A stretch of DNA of 64,000 nt, taken from Gammaproteobacteria bacterium. GTDB taxonomy: Bacteria > Pseudomonadota > Gammaproteobacteria > Steroidobacterales > JABDLF01. Where the stretch lies: NCBI GenBank assembly GCA_013003115.1, contig JABDLF010000073.1:9025-73024 (forward strand), in the 5' to 3' direction. Under the pieces are notes generated by a model, which was given only the letters and a program-made list of their open reading frames with translations, was not told the origin of the DNA and searched no databases. Below are positions 52,998 to 61,923 of the stretch, one piece after another; position 1 is the stretch's first letter, and each line of letters opens with the position of its first letter. A program made the translations under genes and the position numbers.

Positions 52998-53981
52998 TTG
53001 GAGGAGATCCTGGTCGAGCAGTTGATGAGCACCGACGTGCCCATCATGGACGCGAGTCAGCCACTTGCCCTTGCCGTTCGCGAGATGTCGGCGCGTTCGC
53101 TCTCTTGCATGATTCTGCTAAATGAAAGCGCTACGCCTGTCGGCATCATCACCGAGCGCGACATGATTTCGATCGCTGCCCTTGCGCTCGACGGCAAAAT
53201 CGACTGGCATGAACCCGCTGCCGATCACATGAGCGCACGGCTCATATATTTGCGGCCTGAGCAGTCGTTGTTCGAGGCGTTGGTTGTGGCGCGGGCACGT
53301 GAGGTTCGGCACTTGCCCGTGCTGGGCAAGGACAACAAGCTGGCTGGCATCGTGACAGCGACCGAGATGGTGCGTGCCCACTTCAGCGTGTTCGAGTCGC
53401 TGAGCGAAGCGGCTGAAAAGACGGTCGCCGTTCGCCGCGACGACTTTGCCTCAGTAACGGCCCGACTACGGACGTTGTCGCTGGAAGACCCGCTGCTGGG
53501 CATCGGCAACCGCCGAGCCCTCGATCGAGACATGGAACACATTGAGGGCGCGTCGCGCCGTTATCAGCACGTATATTCGGTTGCAATGTTCGATGTGGAT
53601 CGTTTCAAGGCCTACAACGACCGTTACGGGCACCCCGCGGGAGATCGGGTTCTGAGAGAAATCGTCACCATTTTTTCAGCAGCACTGCGCAGCGCCGATC
53701 GTCTTTTTCGTTATGGTGGTGAAGAGATTCTCCTGCTGATGCCCGAAACCGACCTTCCCGGTGCAATGATCGTCGCAGATCGTTTGCGCGAAAGCCTGGA
53801 AGTCCGGGCGCTGCCGCACGAAAAATCGAAGCGCGGCGTGGTAACCGTAAGCGGTGGAGTTGCTGAGGGTGGTTTCAGGCATGAGCCCCCTGGCTGGGAG
53901 GCCGTCGTGCATGCTGCCGACAGGGCGCTTTACAAGGCCAAAAAGAGCGGCCGCAACCGAGTGATAAGCAGCACAGATTGA
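52998..53981 (+). CDS. diguanylate cyclase with a tandem CBS sensor pair
   Basis: Two CBS repeats (VEQLMSTDVPIM...VGIITERDM; ADHMSARLIYLRPE...LAGIVTATEM). GGDEF domain with DPLLGIGNRRAL, FDVDRFKAYNDRYGHPAGD, I-site RSAD and active site RYGGEEI. TTG start, or ATG at 53025. Confidence 0.86.
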   Translation: MEEILVEQLMSTDVPIMDASQPLALAVREMSARSLSCMILLNESATPVGIITERDMISIAALALDGKIDWHEPAADHMSARLIYLRPEQSLFEALVVARAREVRHLPVLGKDNKLAGIVTATEMVRAHFSVFESLSEAAEKTVAVRRDDFASVTARLRTLSLEDPLLGIGNRRALDRDMEHIEGASRRYQHVYSVAMFDVDRFKAYNDRYGHPAGDRVLREIVTIFSAALRSADRLFRYGGEEILLLMPETDLPGAMIVADRLRESLEVRALPHEKSKRGVVTVSGGVAEGGFRHEPPGWEAVVHAADRALYKAKKSGRNRVISSTD

Positions 53982-54033
53982 CTGCGGCTGCCTTGGCCCA
54001 GGTTTTGGCGGCCGGGCGTTATTCGCCGCCGAG

Positions 54034-54918
54034 CTATTGAGTCGGGCCGCGGAGCGCGGCAATCCGTTCCTGAATGGGTGGGTGACTCATAAAGAGGCGC
54101 CGCCAGCCGTGCGTTCGTGTTCCCGAAATGCCAAATGCCTGTAGCTGCTCCGGCAGCGCAGCCTGTGTGTTGCTCTCAAGCCTCTGCAGCGCGCTGATCA
54201 TGCCGGGCGCGCCGACCAGGCTGGCCGCACCGGCGTCAGCGCGAAATTCGCGATGTCGCGAGACCCACATGACGATCATCGATGCGAGGAAACCCAGCAC
54301 AACCTGGGCAGCCAGAACGCTGACAAAGTACCCTATGCCGTGACCCCGGTCGTTCTTGAGGATCACGCGATCGATCACGTGACCGACGATTCGCGACAAG
54401 AATATGACGAACGTATTGACCACGCCCTGCACCAGCGCGAGCGTGACCATATCCCCGTTCGCGACATGGCTGATCTCATGGCCGAGCACCGCCTCCACCT
54501 GCTGACGATCCATGCCCCGCAGCAGCCCGGTGCTGACCGCGACCAGCGCGGCGTTGCGTCGGGCGCCCGTTGCGAACGCGTTCATGTCGGGGGCGTCATA
54601 TATGGCTACTTCGGGCATCTCAATCCCGGCGTCACGAGAAAGACGCTGCACGGTGCTGAGCAGCCATGACTCCGTTTCATTGGCCGGCTGGACGATCACG
54701 CGTGCCCCGGTGCCGCGCTTTGCCATCCACTTGGAAATCGCCAGGGAAATGAAGGCGCCGCCAAAACCGATGACGGCGGACAGGATCAGCAGGTTCTGAT
54801 AATTGAGGCCGGTGCCGCTTTCATCCAGAATCCGGTCGACGCCAAGAAGCCTCAACACAACGCTGAGCACAACCAGCACGGCAATGTTGGTCATCAGAAA
54901 GAGAAAAATTCGTTTCAT
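54034..54918 (-). CDS. htpX: protease HtpX (M48 zinc metalloprotease)
   Basis: [29 protein letters not shown] zinc motif, REFRADAG. Start trimmed from 54969 to the ATG at 54918. Confidence 0.95.
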   Translation of the reverse strand: MKRIFLFLMTNIAVLVVLSVVLRLLGVDRILDESGTGLNYQNLLILSAVIGFGGAFISLAISKWMAKRGTGARVIVQPANETESWLLSTVQRLSRDAGIEMPEVAIYDAPDMNAFATGARRNAALVAVSTGLLRGMDRQQVEAVLGHEISHVANGDMVTLALVQGVVNTFVIFLSRIVGHVIDRVILKNDRGHGIGYFVSVLAAQVVLGFLASMIVMWVSRHREFRADAGAASLVGAPGMISALQRLESNTQAALPEQLQAFGISGTRTHGWRRLFMSHPPIQERIAALRGPTQ

Positions 54919-55060
54919 AGGGGCTTGGTCCTTTTTTCTGGCCTGCCAGTTCCATTTAATGGGTACCAACCGGAAAATTTCAAGGCGACGAGTTGCGATA
55001 GGTTAGACCCGACGCCAGCATATACACTATCCTAGGGCAGGTAGCTATGGAGGCTTGCGT

Positions 55061-55306
55061 ATGAACCCCGAAGACAATGAGCCGAAGCAACCAGCAGGCG
55101 CAGCCGCCGATGCTGGCGGCCTGCAGATAGTAAAAACTATAAACGTGCCGGGTTACTCCGGGCCGGACCGGCGCCAGGGGCAGCGTAGAATCGGGGCGCT
55201 GGATCGCCGCGAGCTGCTGCGCTTTGAACCCGACAAGGCACCCCGGCGCGGCGGCCACGACAGGCGAGGCCCGAAAAGTATCTGGGATGGCCGCAACGAG
55301 GCCTGA
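55061..55306 (+). CDS. small arginine-rich hypothetical protein (81 aa) with three DRR motifs
   Basis: The ATG lies 7 nt after ATGGAGG and third-position GC looks coding-like. Motifs are PDRRQGQRR, LDRRELLRF and HDRRGPKS. No family recognised. Confidence 0.38.
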   Translation: MNPEDNEPKQPAGAAADAGGLQIVKTINVPGYSGPDRRQGQRRIGALDRRELLRFEPDKAPRRGGHDRRGPKSIWDGRNEA

Positions 55307-55346
55307 AGTCGGATCGACCGGAGCAGGACAGCACAGAGGAACCTTC

Positions 55347-56045
55347 ATGACGAAGACAGTAGTTATCACCGGTGCCAATCGCGGTATCGGCCTGGAATTT
55401 GTGCGCCAGTATCTCGCCGACGGCTGCAAGGTCGTTGCAGGCTGCCGCGATCCTGAGCGGGCTACCACGCTCACGGGGCTGGCAAACGAATCGGACGGAC
55501 GGCTTCAGGTAATAAAACTCGATGTCACCGATTCCGCTTCTATTGCCGGGCTTGTTGATTCGCTGGACGGCCAGTCCGTTGACTTGCTGATTAACAACGC
55601 CGGTGTATACGGGCCGAAGGGCGCCGGGATTGGTGCGCTTGCCACGGAGGCCTGGCTGGACGTATTCGCAACAAACAGCATTGCGCCAGTGCAGCTGACC
55701 GGTGCGCTGCTGCCGAATCTGAAGGCGTCCGGCGGTGCTCGCGTTGTAGGCATCAGCAGCCGCATGGGCTCCATTGCAGACAACACGTCTGGTGGCGCAT
55801 ACGTCTATCGTTCGTCTAAGGCTGCGCTGAATGCAGCGTTTGCATCGGCTGCCATCGATCTCCGTGAACACGGCGTTTGCATCGGAATCCTGCACCCGGG
55901 CTGGGTCGAGACGGACATGGGTGGCGCAAATGCGCTGATTGACACGTCCACCAGCGTCACTGGAATGCGCCGCGTGATTGCCAATCTGGATATGGCAAAA
56001 ACCGGGGGTTTTTTCAGTTACGACGGCAGCGTGATCCCCTGGTAA
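55347..56045 (+). CDS. short-chain dehydrogenase/reductase (SDR)
   Basis: VVITGANRGIGLE, NNAG, YRSSKAALN. Start trimmed from 55224 to the ATG at 55347 (AGAGGA upstream). Confidence 0.87.
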   Translation: MTKTVVITGANRGIGLEFVRQYLADGCKVVAGCRDPERATTLTGLANESDGRLQVIKLDVTDSASIAGLVDSLDGQSVDLLINNAGVYGPKGAGIGALATEAWLDVFATNSIAPVQLTGALLPNLKASGGARVVGISSRMGSIADNTSGGAYVYRSSKAALNAAFASAAIDLREHGVCIGILHPGWVETDMGGANALIDTSTSVTGMRRVIANLDMAKTGGFFSYDGSVIPW

Positions 56046-56103
56046 ACAGGCTGCCGACCGTGCATCGGCCAACTTGTAAAGGCTGTGTTGGGGGCAGGTC
56101 CGC

Positions 56104-56787
56104 GTGATTCCGCTGCGCGATGACAACCCGGTCGCTAATACACCGTACATAACCTACGCGCTGATTTTGAGCTGCGTCATCGTGTTTCTTTATCAGCTGA
56201 CGCTTGACGCCAGGGGCTCGCAGGTTTTCATCTACTCCTTCGGCGTTATTCCTGCTGTGCTTTTCGACTACGTAGAGTTGCGCGGGGGCGCTGTGGCGGT
56301 TCCTGCTTTTGCGACGATCTTCACTTCGATGTTTTTGCACGGCGGTGTCATGCATCTGCTCGGCAACATGCTTTACATGTGGATTTTTGCTGACAATGTC
56401 GAAGACGATCTTGGCCCCCGGCGCTTCATAGTCTTTTATCTGGTTTGCGGAATCGCGGCAGCCCTGGCGCAGGCGCTTTTCGAACCGCGCTCACAGGTGC
56501 CGATGATCGGTGCAAGCGGGGCCGTGTCAGGCGTGCTGGGTGCTTACCTGGTGATGCATCCCAGGGCCCATGTCGAGGGGGTGGTGCCGCCTTTTTTGCA
56601 TCTGATCCGGCTTCCGGCAGTGGTTGTGCTGGGCTTATGGTTCGGTCTGCAGTTGCTTAGTTCGCTGTCGGCAAAACCGGGTGAGCCCGGCATCGCGTTC
56701 GCCGCCCACCTCGGGGGCTTCGTGGCCGGGGCCGCCCTGATCTTGCTGTTTCGGCCCGGCGCGTCGCGTCGCATTCGACGGCGCTGA
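56104..56787 (+). CDS. rhomboid-family intramembrane serine protease
   Basis: FLHGGVMHLLGNMLYMWIF and the catalytic GASGAVSGVLGAY, with AHLGGFVAG (His) later on. Confidence 0.87.
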   Translation: MIPLRDDNPVANTPYITYALILSCVIVFLYQLTLDARGSQVFIYSFGVIPAVLFDYVELRGGAVAVPAFATIFTSMFLHGGVMHLLGNMLYMWIFADNVEDDLGPRRFIVFYLVCGIAAALAQALFEPRSQVPMIGASGAVSGVLGAYLVMHPRAHVEGVVPPFLHLIRLPAVVVLGLWFGLQLLSSLSAKPGEPGIAFAAHLGGFVAGAALILLFRPGASRRIRRR

Positions 56788-56794
56788 CTGCGGC

Positions 56795-58039
56795 ATGAGC
56801 TTTGTAAAACAACTTAGCTGCGTGGGTTGCGGTCGCCATTTCGAGGCCGCTGCGCTGATGAATCTTTGCCCGGATGACCAGCGGCCCCTGGCGATGGAGC
56901 TGGACATTCCGGCCCTGAAAGCCGCCTATCCACGAAACGAATGGTATGAGCGCGAGCGTCGCGACATGTGGAAGTTCACGAGTCTGCTGGGTCTGGATAT
57001 TAATGACGCGGAAGATGCCCGCCACCTTGTGAGCCTGGGTGAAGGCGCAACCCCGCTGCGCAACTATCCGGAGCATCCTCAGGCAAAGCTGCTTGAGCTC
57101 GACCTTTACTTCAAAGACGAAGGCAGGGCAGAGCCCGGTTATGGTGCCAATCCCACCCAGAGTTTTAAGGATCGCGGCATGGCGATGGCGGTTTCCATGG
57201 CTCGCCGTCACGGACTTACGAAACTCGTGGTCCCCACCCAGGGAAACGCAGGCGATTCACTTGCTGAGTATGCGCTGGCCGCGGGTATCGAAGCCGCCAT
57301 CATCATGCCCGGCGATACGCCGATGCCGATCCTCGGTCGTGTGGCTGCGCTTGCGCGTCAGCACGAGAGCATCATCCTGGAAACATGCGAGGGCACGATT
57401 CGCGAAGCCGGCGACATCATGCGCAGCAAATACCTGCCTGCCGGCTATTTCAATGTCGCCACTTTTCAGGAACCGGGCTGGCGTATAGAGGGAAAGAAAA
57501 CGCTGGGGCTGGAAATAGCTGAACCGCGCAGCGGCGACACTTGGCAGTTGCCGGACGTGATTGTCTACCCCACCGGCGGCGGTACAGGTATTCTGGGCAT
57601 GTGGAAAGCCTTTGCCGAACTGGAGGCGCTTGAGCTCATAGGGTCACAGCGCCCGCGCATCGTTTCGGTGCAGAGCGAGGGAACAGCGCCCATTGTCCGC
57701 GCCTTCGAAAATGGTGACGATGACACGGCAGCGGCCACCGCCGGGCATACCCTGGCGACCGGTCTTAACGTCCCGGGTGGGGTAGGGCACGCGAAAGTTC
57801 TGCAAATTCTCCGCGAGAGCAGGGGACATGCCCTCACGGTGAGCGAGCGCGCTATGGAAGAGGAGCTTGCGCGCTGCTGGAAACAGACCGGCTGGTGGAT
57901 AAGCCCGGAAGGCGCCGCCACCCTGGCGGCGCTTGCGCCCCTCGCCGAGATTGGGTTCCTGCGCGGGGGCGAACGAGTGGTCGTCGTCAACACCGGTTCT
58001 TTCGAGAAGTATCTGCCCTCTCTGCGCCATCTCCTGTAA
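56795..58039 (+). CDS. threonine synthase (PLP-dependent, with an N-terminal Cys-rich zinc-ribbon-like segment)
   Basis: CVGCGRHF...LCPDD, PLP lysine motif TQSFKDRGMA, and the GNAG and TGGGTG loops. Confidence 0.83.
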   Translation: MSFVKQLSCVGCGRHFEAAALMNLCPDDQRPLAMELDIPALKAAYPRNEWYERERRDMWKFTSLLGLDINDAEDARHLVSLGEGATPLRNYPEHPQAKLLELDLYFKDEGRAEPGYGANPTQSFKDRGMAMAVSMARRHGLTKLVVPTQGNAGDSLAEYALAAGIEAAIIMPGDTPMPILGRVAALARQHESIILETCEGTIREAGDIMRSKYLPAGYFNVATFQEPGWRIEGKKTLGLEIAEPRSGDTWQLPDVIVYPTGGGTGILGMWKAFAELEALELIGSQRPRIVSVQSEGTAPIVRAFENGDDDTAAATAGHTLATGLNVPGGVGHAKVLQILRESRGHALTVSERAMEEELARCWKQTGWWISPEGAATLAALAPLAEIGFLRGGERVVVVNTGSFEKYLPSLRHLL

Positions 58040-58061
58040 CGAGGTGAGAGTACGTTAAGCC

Positions 58062-58811
58062 ATGGTCAGCGATTTCTTTTTCGGATTCTCCCACGCGTGG
58101 TCTGGCCTGACTGCCCTGAGGACCCCCGGACTCGGTCGATTTGTCGCCTGGCCGATTGTGATCAGCGTGGCCGTTTTTGCGATTGTCATCGCGGCTGCGG
58201 TGGCGGGGTTCGATGCCCTGATTGACTGGCTGCTGGCGTGGCTTCCGGGCTGGCTGGACTGGCTGCGCTGGTTGCTGTGGCCGGTCTTTGCGCTCACGGC
58301 AATGCTGTTTGCAATTTACCTGTTTACATTACTGGCAAACCTGATCGGCGCCCCATTCAACGGCTTGCTGGCTGCGAAGTATGAAAGCTATCTTGCTGGC
58401 GCGGCACCTCCTGCGGACAACCGGTCTTTACTGGCATCGAGCCTGTCGTCGCTTGCGACCGAAGTGCGCAAGCTGGCCTATCTTGCGCGCTGGTTATTAT
58501 TGGCGGCGGTTCTTTTTTTGATTCCAGTCATAAACCTGATCGCGCCGATCATCTGGCTGATCATGGGCGCATGGCTGCTGGCACTCGAGTATGGCGGATA
58601 CGCGATGGACAACCACGGCATTGATCCGAAGCGGCAGCGCCAGATTCTCGCCGGACGCCGCGGCCTGGCCCTCGGATTCGGCGCGGGAGTGATGTTCCTA
58701 AGCAGCGTGCCCCTGCTCAACCTTCTGGCGATGCCGGCTGCGGTGCTCGGCGCGACACGCATGTGGTGTTCGCTGGGCGAAGAAGTTCGCCCTTCGCCGG
58801 GCGACTCTTAA
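58062..58811 (+). CDS. cysZ: sulfate transporter CysZ
   Basis: Collinear with E. coli CysZ as I recall it: PGLGRFVAWPIVISV, LIGAPFNGLLA, WLLALEYGGYAMDNHG, PLLNLLAMPAAVLGATRMW. Confidence 0.88.
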   Translation: MVSDFFFGFSHAWSGLTALRTPGLGRFVAWPIVISVAVFAIVIAAAVAGFDALIDWLLAWLPGWLDWLRWLLWPVFALTAMLFAIYLFTLLANLIGAPFNGLLAAKYESYLAGAAPPADNRSLLASSLSSLATEVRKLAYLARWLLLAAVLFLIPVINLIAPIIWLIMGAWLLALEYGGYAMDNHGIDPKRQRQILAGRRGLALGFGAGVMFLSSVPLLNLLAMPAAVLGATRMWCSLGEEVRPSPGDS

Positions 58812-59221
58812 TTGCCTGTTCGGCTGGCTCGCTTTTCTTCGAAAGTACGCAGACCCTCTGAGCCAGTGACGTGCATTTCACCGTCCACCACCGCGCCCTT
58901 CGCAACTGCGATCATAGGCGCTGAGACGTCACCTTCTATTCTCGCCGTTGCGGCTACCTCAAGCTGCTTTTCGGCATGTGCGCTGCCGTGCAGTTCACCG
59001 GCAATAAGTATTCTTTCTGCCTCGATCTGTCCTTGCCAGCGCCCGGTATCGGACACGGTAATTGTCCCAGCAAGTTTGCAGTCACCCTTTATTCTGCCAG
59101 CCACAATCAGGTGGCCTATGCCTTTGATATAGCCATCAATAACGACACCCTCTGCGATCAGGTTGGTTGCTTCACCCGAAACGGCTTTGTCGAGGAATCT
59201 CCGCAGTGGACTTCGAGACAT
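58808..59221 (-). CDS. bactofilin-family cytoskeletal protein
   Basis: Beta-helix repeat pattern VIDGYIKGIGHLIVAGRIKGDCKLAGTITVSDTGRWQGQIEAERILIAGELHGSAHAEKQLEVAATARIEGDVSAPMIAVAKGAVVDGEMHV. Confidence 0.82.
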   Translation of the reverse strand: MSRSPLRRFLDKAVSGEATNLIAEGVVIDGYIKGIGHLIVAGRIKGDCKLAGTITVSDTGRWQGQIEAERILIAGELHGSAHAEKQLEVAATARIEGDVSAPMIAVAKGAVVDGEMHVTGSEGLRTFEEKRASRTGN

Positions 59222-59233
59222 AGTTATCCTTAA

Positions 59234-60154
59234 TCAGACTGCTGCGGGCTTGTCGCTGGGTTTGCGGTAGCGCTCGACCTTATTCCCACCCTCGTCTGAG
59301 GCAATTTTTACGGCGGTCTCAGCCGCCGTCAGAATATCTGCGGGGTCATGTACGCGGTTGGGCAGAATAGTGGCGACCCCGACGCTGAACGTAACGCGAT
59401 CTGCGGTTTCCGAGGCGTCGTGCGGTATCGGGATATTCCAAACTGCTTTGCAAAGTCTCTCGGCGAAGCGTACCGCGACATCTCCGTCGGAAGTGAAGAT
59501 GATGGCAAAGCTATCATCGTCGTAGCGTGCCGGCAGGTCGCCTGCCCTTCTGAAAATTGTTCGCACCTCGTCCGCAATTTTTTGCATCGCCTCGTCGAAG
59601 CGACTGTCACCGTAGGATTGCCGGAAGGCTTCGGCCCAGTCGAATCTGCCGAGGATGATCGAAAAGGCCTTTTCTTCGCGCAGAGCCCGCTTGATTTCGT
59701 GGGGTATGACCTGGTCGAAATGCTGGCGATTTGAGAGCTGCGTGAGCTCGTCCACTACGATAAGTTTTCTCAGGCGGGCTGTCGCAGCGCTCAGTTCTTC
59801 ATTTTTTTCTTCCAGCTCGCTGATCTGCCCGCTCAGGCTTTCCTCGATCTCGCGCTTCTTTTCGCTCAGTTCAGCAAGGGCCTCATCGCGCTCGCCGATT
59901 ACGTGTTCGATGGTTTCGCTCTGCTCTATGATCTCGGCCTGCTGGCGGCGGCCCTTCAGATAAAAAAAGACGGCCAGCGCAGACACAAGCAGCAAGGCGC
60001 CTGCAACAACTATGAATACGATGCCGCTGCCGGCGCCTGTAATTTGTGCGAGAGCCAACTGCGGTGCCGCTGCAAAGACAGCAACCAAAATCCAGCGCAC
60101 GATAAAGTTTTTTCTGCGCTGCAACCTACGCGTCGATGCATTCAAACTCATCAT
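59234..60154 (-). CDS. membrane-anchored coiled-coil protein with a degenerate GGDEF domain (active site lost, RxxD I-site retained)
   Basis: Two hydrophobic helices, a heptad-rich segment (EALAELSEKKREIEESLSGQISELEEKNEELSAATARLRKL), and a GGDEF fold (DELTQLSNRQHF). The active site reads RAGD-LPARY-DDDSF instead of RxxD-x5-GG[DE]EF. Its ATG overlaps the upstream stop (ATGA). Confidence 0.8.
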   Translation of the reverse strand: MMSLNASTRRLQRRKNFIVRWILVAVFAAAPQLALAQITGAGSGIVFIVVAGALLLVSALAVFFYLKGRRQQAEIIEQSETIEHVIGERDEALAELSEKKREIEESLSGQISELEEKNEELSAATARLRKLIVVDELTQLSNRQHFDQVIPHEIKRALREEKAFSIILGRFDWAEAFRQSYGDSRFDEAMQKIADEVRTIFRRAGDLPARYDDDSFAIIFTSDGDVAVRFAERLCKAVWNIPIPHDASETADRVTFSVGVATILPNRVHDPADILTAAETAVKIASDEGGNKVERYRKPSDKPAAV

Positions 60155-61377
60155 CCTCGTGTCCCATCTCCGAGTGTAGCCTGCCAGCGATCCAGCCAGT
60201 CGGGCATATCCTTGCCCGGCATGGGCCGCGCTATAAAAAATCCCTGGCCTTCGTCGCATCCGAGCCGACTAACCAGATCCCAGTCCGTCTGCGTGGCAAT
60301 GCCCTCGGCCACGACGCGCAGCTTGAGTTCGTGTCCGAGGCGGATCGAAGACTCTACTATAGCGCGAGAGTCGGGATTGCGGTGTGCGTCAGAGACAAAG
60401 GTACGATCAAGTTTGAGCTCGCAGAACGGGAATTCCTGCAGCTGCTGCATCGTGGAGTAGCCCGTGCCGTAGTCGTCAATCGACAGATCGAAACCCTTGA
60501 TGCGCAGTCGGGTCAGGATATCAAGCGCGGCGACGTGATCGTTGCGCAACCAGCTCTCGGTAATCTCTAAAACCACCTGCTCCGGTCGAATATTGTGCCG
60601 CCTGGCCAAAGCGGAGATCTTGTCCGGCAATTCGAGATCAGTAAGGGAGCGGGTGGAAACATTGATGGATACCTTGAGATCAAGACCGCCTGTCAGCCAG
60701 TCAGAACATTGTGCGAATGACTTTTCCATAACGGCGCTGGTTACGGCGTTGATCAGGCCTCCCTCTTCGGACATTTCGATGAAGCGATCGGGTGACAGCA
60801 GGCCGAGGCTCGGATGCTGCCAGCGCACCAGCGCTTCAACGGAATTAATTCTTAACTCATGCAGATGAATTTTCGGCTGAAAATAAACGCGCAGCTCGTC
60901 GCGCTCGATGCCGGCCCGAAGGTCTTCCAGCTTTGGAAAGGCTTTGAACTTGAGCGTCCTCTCGACCGCGGTTTGTTCGACGTTGGCTAGCATGTTTTCG
61001 AGCACCGAGTCGGAAAACGGCTTGGTCAGCGTGCCGATCACCCAAAGCTTCTGTGCCCGGGCGAGGCGCTCTGCGGCTCCCAGGACGCGCGGATCGAAGC
61101 GGCTGGTCAGTATCACGCCTGCAGGGCTTCGGTGACCGGAGAGTGCCCGTATTATTTCGACACCGTCAGGCTCGGTCAGCATCAGATCGATGACGACAAC
61201 GGAGGTCTCGGCGTCGTAGCGCCGACTGAAATCTTCGTAATCGGTGCAGGCGTGCGCATCGTAGCCGGCACGACGGGCGACGCGTGCAATCTCGTGCGCC
61301 ATCTCGATACTGCTGTCGATCACCAGTAGCCTGGGTGTCAAAGTGCCTGCAGCGCCTGAATTTCTTGGAGTCGACAT
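60151..61377 (-). CDS. response regulator with an EAL c-di-GMP phosphodiesterase output domain
   Basis: REC motifs LLVIDSS, VVVIDLML, ILTS and TKPF. EAL motifs YFQPK, EALVRW, EITES, SIDDYGTGYS, ELKLDRTF, AEGI and GQGFFIARP. Start trimmed from 61446 to the ATG at 61377. Confidence 0.87.
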   Translation of the reverse strand: MSTPRNSGAAGTLTPRLLVIDSSIEMAHEIARVARRAGYDAHACTDYEDFSRRYDAETSVVVIDLMLTEPDGVEIIRALSGHRSPAGVILTSRFDPRVLGAAERLARAQKLWVIGTLTKPFSDSVLENMLANVEQTAVERTLKFKAFPKLEDLRAGIERDELRVYFQPKIHLHELRINSVEALVRWQHPSLGLLSPDRFIEMSEEGGLINAVTSAVMEKSFAQCSDWLTGGLDLKVSINVSTRSLTDLELPDKISALARRHNIRPEQVVLEITESWLRNDHVAALDILTRLRIKGFDLSIDDYGTGYSTMQQLQEFPFCELKLDRTFVSDAHRNPDSRAIVESSIRLGHELKLRVVAEGIATQTDWDLVSRLGCDEGQGFFIARPMPGKDMPDWLDRWQATLGDGTRG

Positions 61378-61633
61378 GAATGCCCGATAGATTTTGCCAG
61401 CCCAAGTCTGGGCCAACGCAGTGCGACAGGCAAGCACGGGCGTCACAGATGTACGAGCCTGAAGCTGCCAAAATGCTGACTGGATCCAGCGCCTGCGGGG
61501 AAGTCATCGAGGTGAGCGGCTCAGCATCAAGCCTCAATGCTAATGCGCGCGGCGCAGACTATGCTGCGTTCCACGCAGGCGCTTGCGCCGAATGTCTCAG
61601 CGGAGGTGGTTTATCGGCCCGGCCGGAAATCCT

Positions 61634-61906
61634 TCAGTTGCGCCTGCCAGAGGGTGAGCGCTGGGAGCCTTTGTGGGCCTTGTTGATTCGCAGCGGGCGG
61701 CCTTCTACTTCGCTGCCATTCAGCGCTTCGCTGGCGGCGGCCGCGTCGGTCTCGTTCATTTCAACAAAGCCAAACCCCCTCGGCTGGCCCGTCTCCCGGT
61801 CATAGACGAGTTTTATTTCATGCACTGTTCCATAGTCCGCAAACAGTTCCCGGAGCTGATCTTCCGTCGTCGAAAAGGGGAGATTGCCTACGTAAAGTGA
61901 AGCCAT
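61634..61906 (-). CDS. RRM-type RNA-binding protein
   Basis: RNP2 LYVGNL and RNP1 RGFGFVEM, with a short basic Gly/Ser/Arg tail. GAGGT RBS. It begins 17 nt after the ydbL-like stop. Confidence 0.87.
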   Translation of the reverse strand: MASLYVGNLPFSTTEDQLRELFADYGTVHEIKLVYDRETGQPRGFGFVEMNETDAAAASEALNGSEVEGRPLRINKAHKGSQRSPSGRRN

Positions 61907-61923
61907 CGCTTACCTCGCCTGAC

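Noticed and set aside
55137-56150. 337-aa ORF on the minus strand
   Set aside because: It is antisense to the SDR gene (TGANRGIG, YRSSK) and to the small DRR ORF. No motifs are present, so it is a shadow ORF.
61380-61805. 141-aa plus-strand ORF in and beyond the rbp/REC-EAL intergenic region
   Set aside because: Half of it is antisense to the RRM gene. It has no RBS or motifs and is probably non-coding promoter/UTR sequence.
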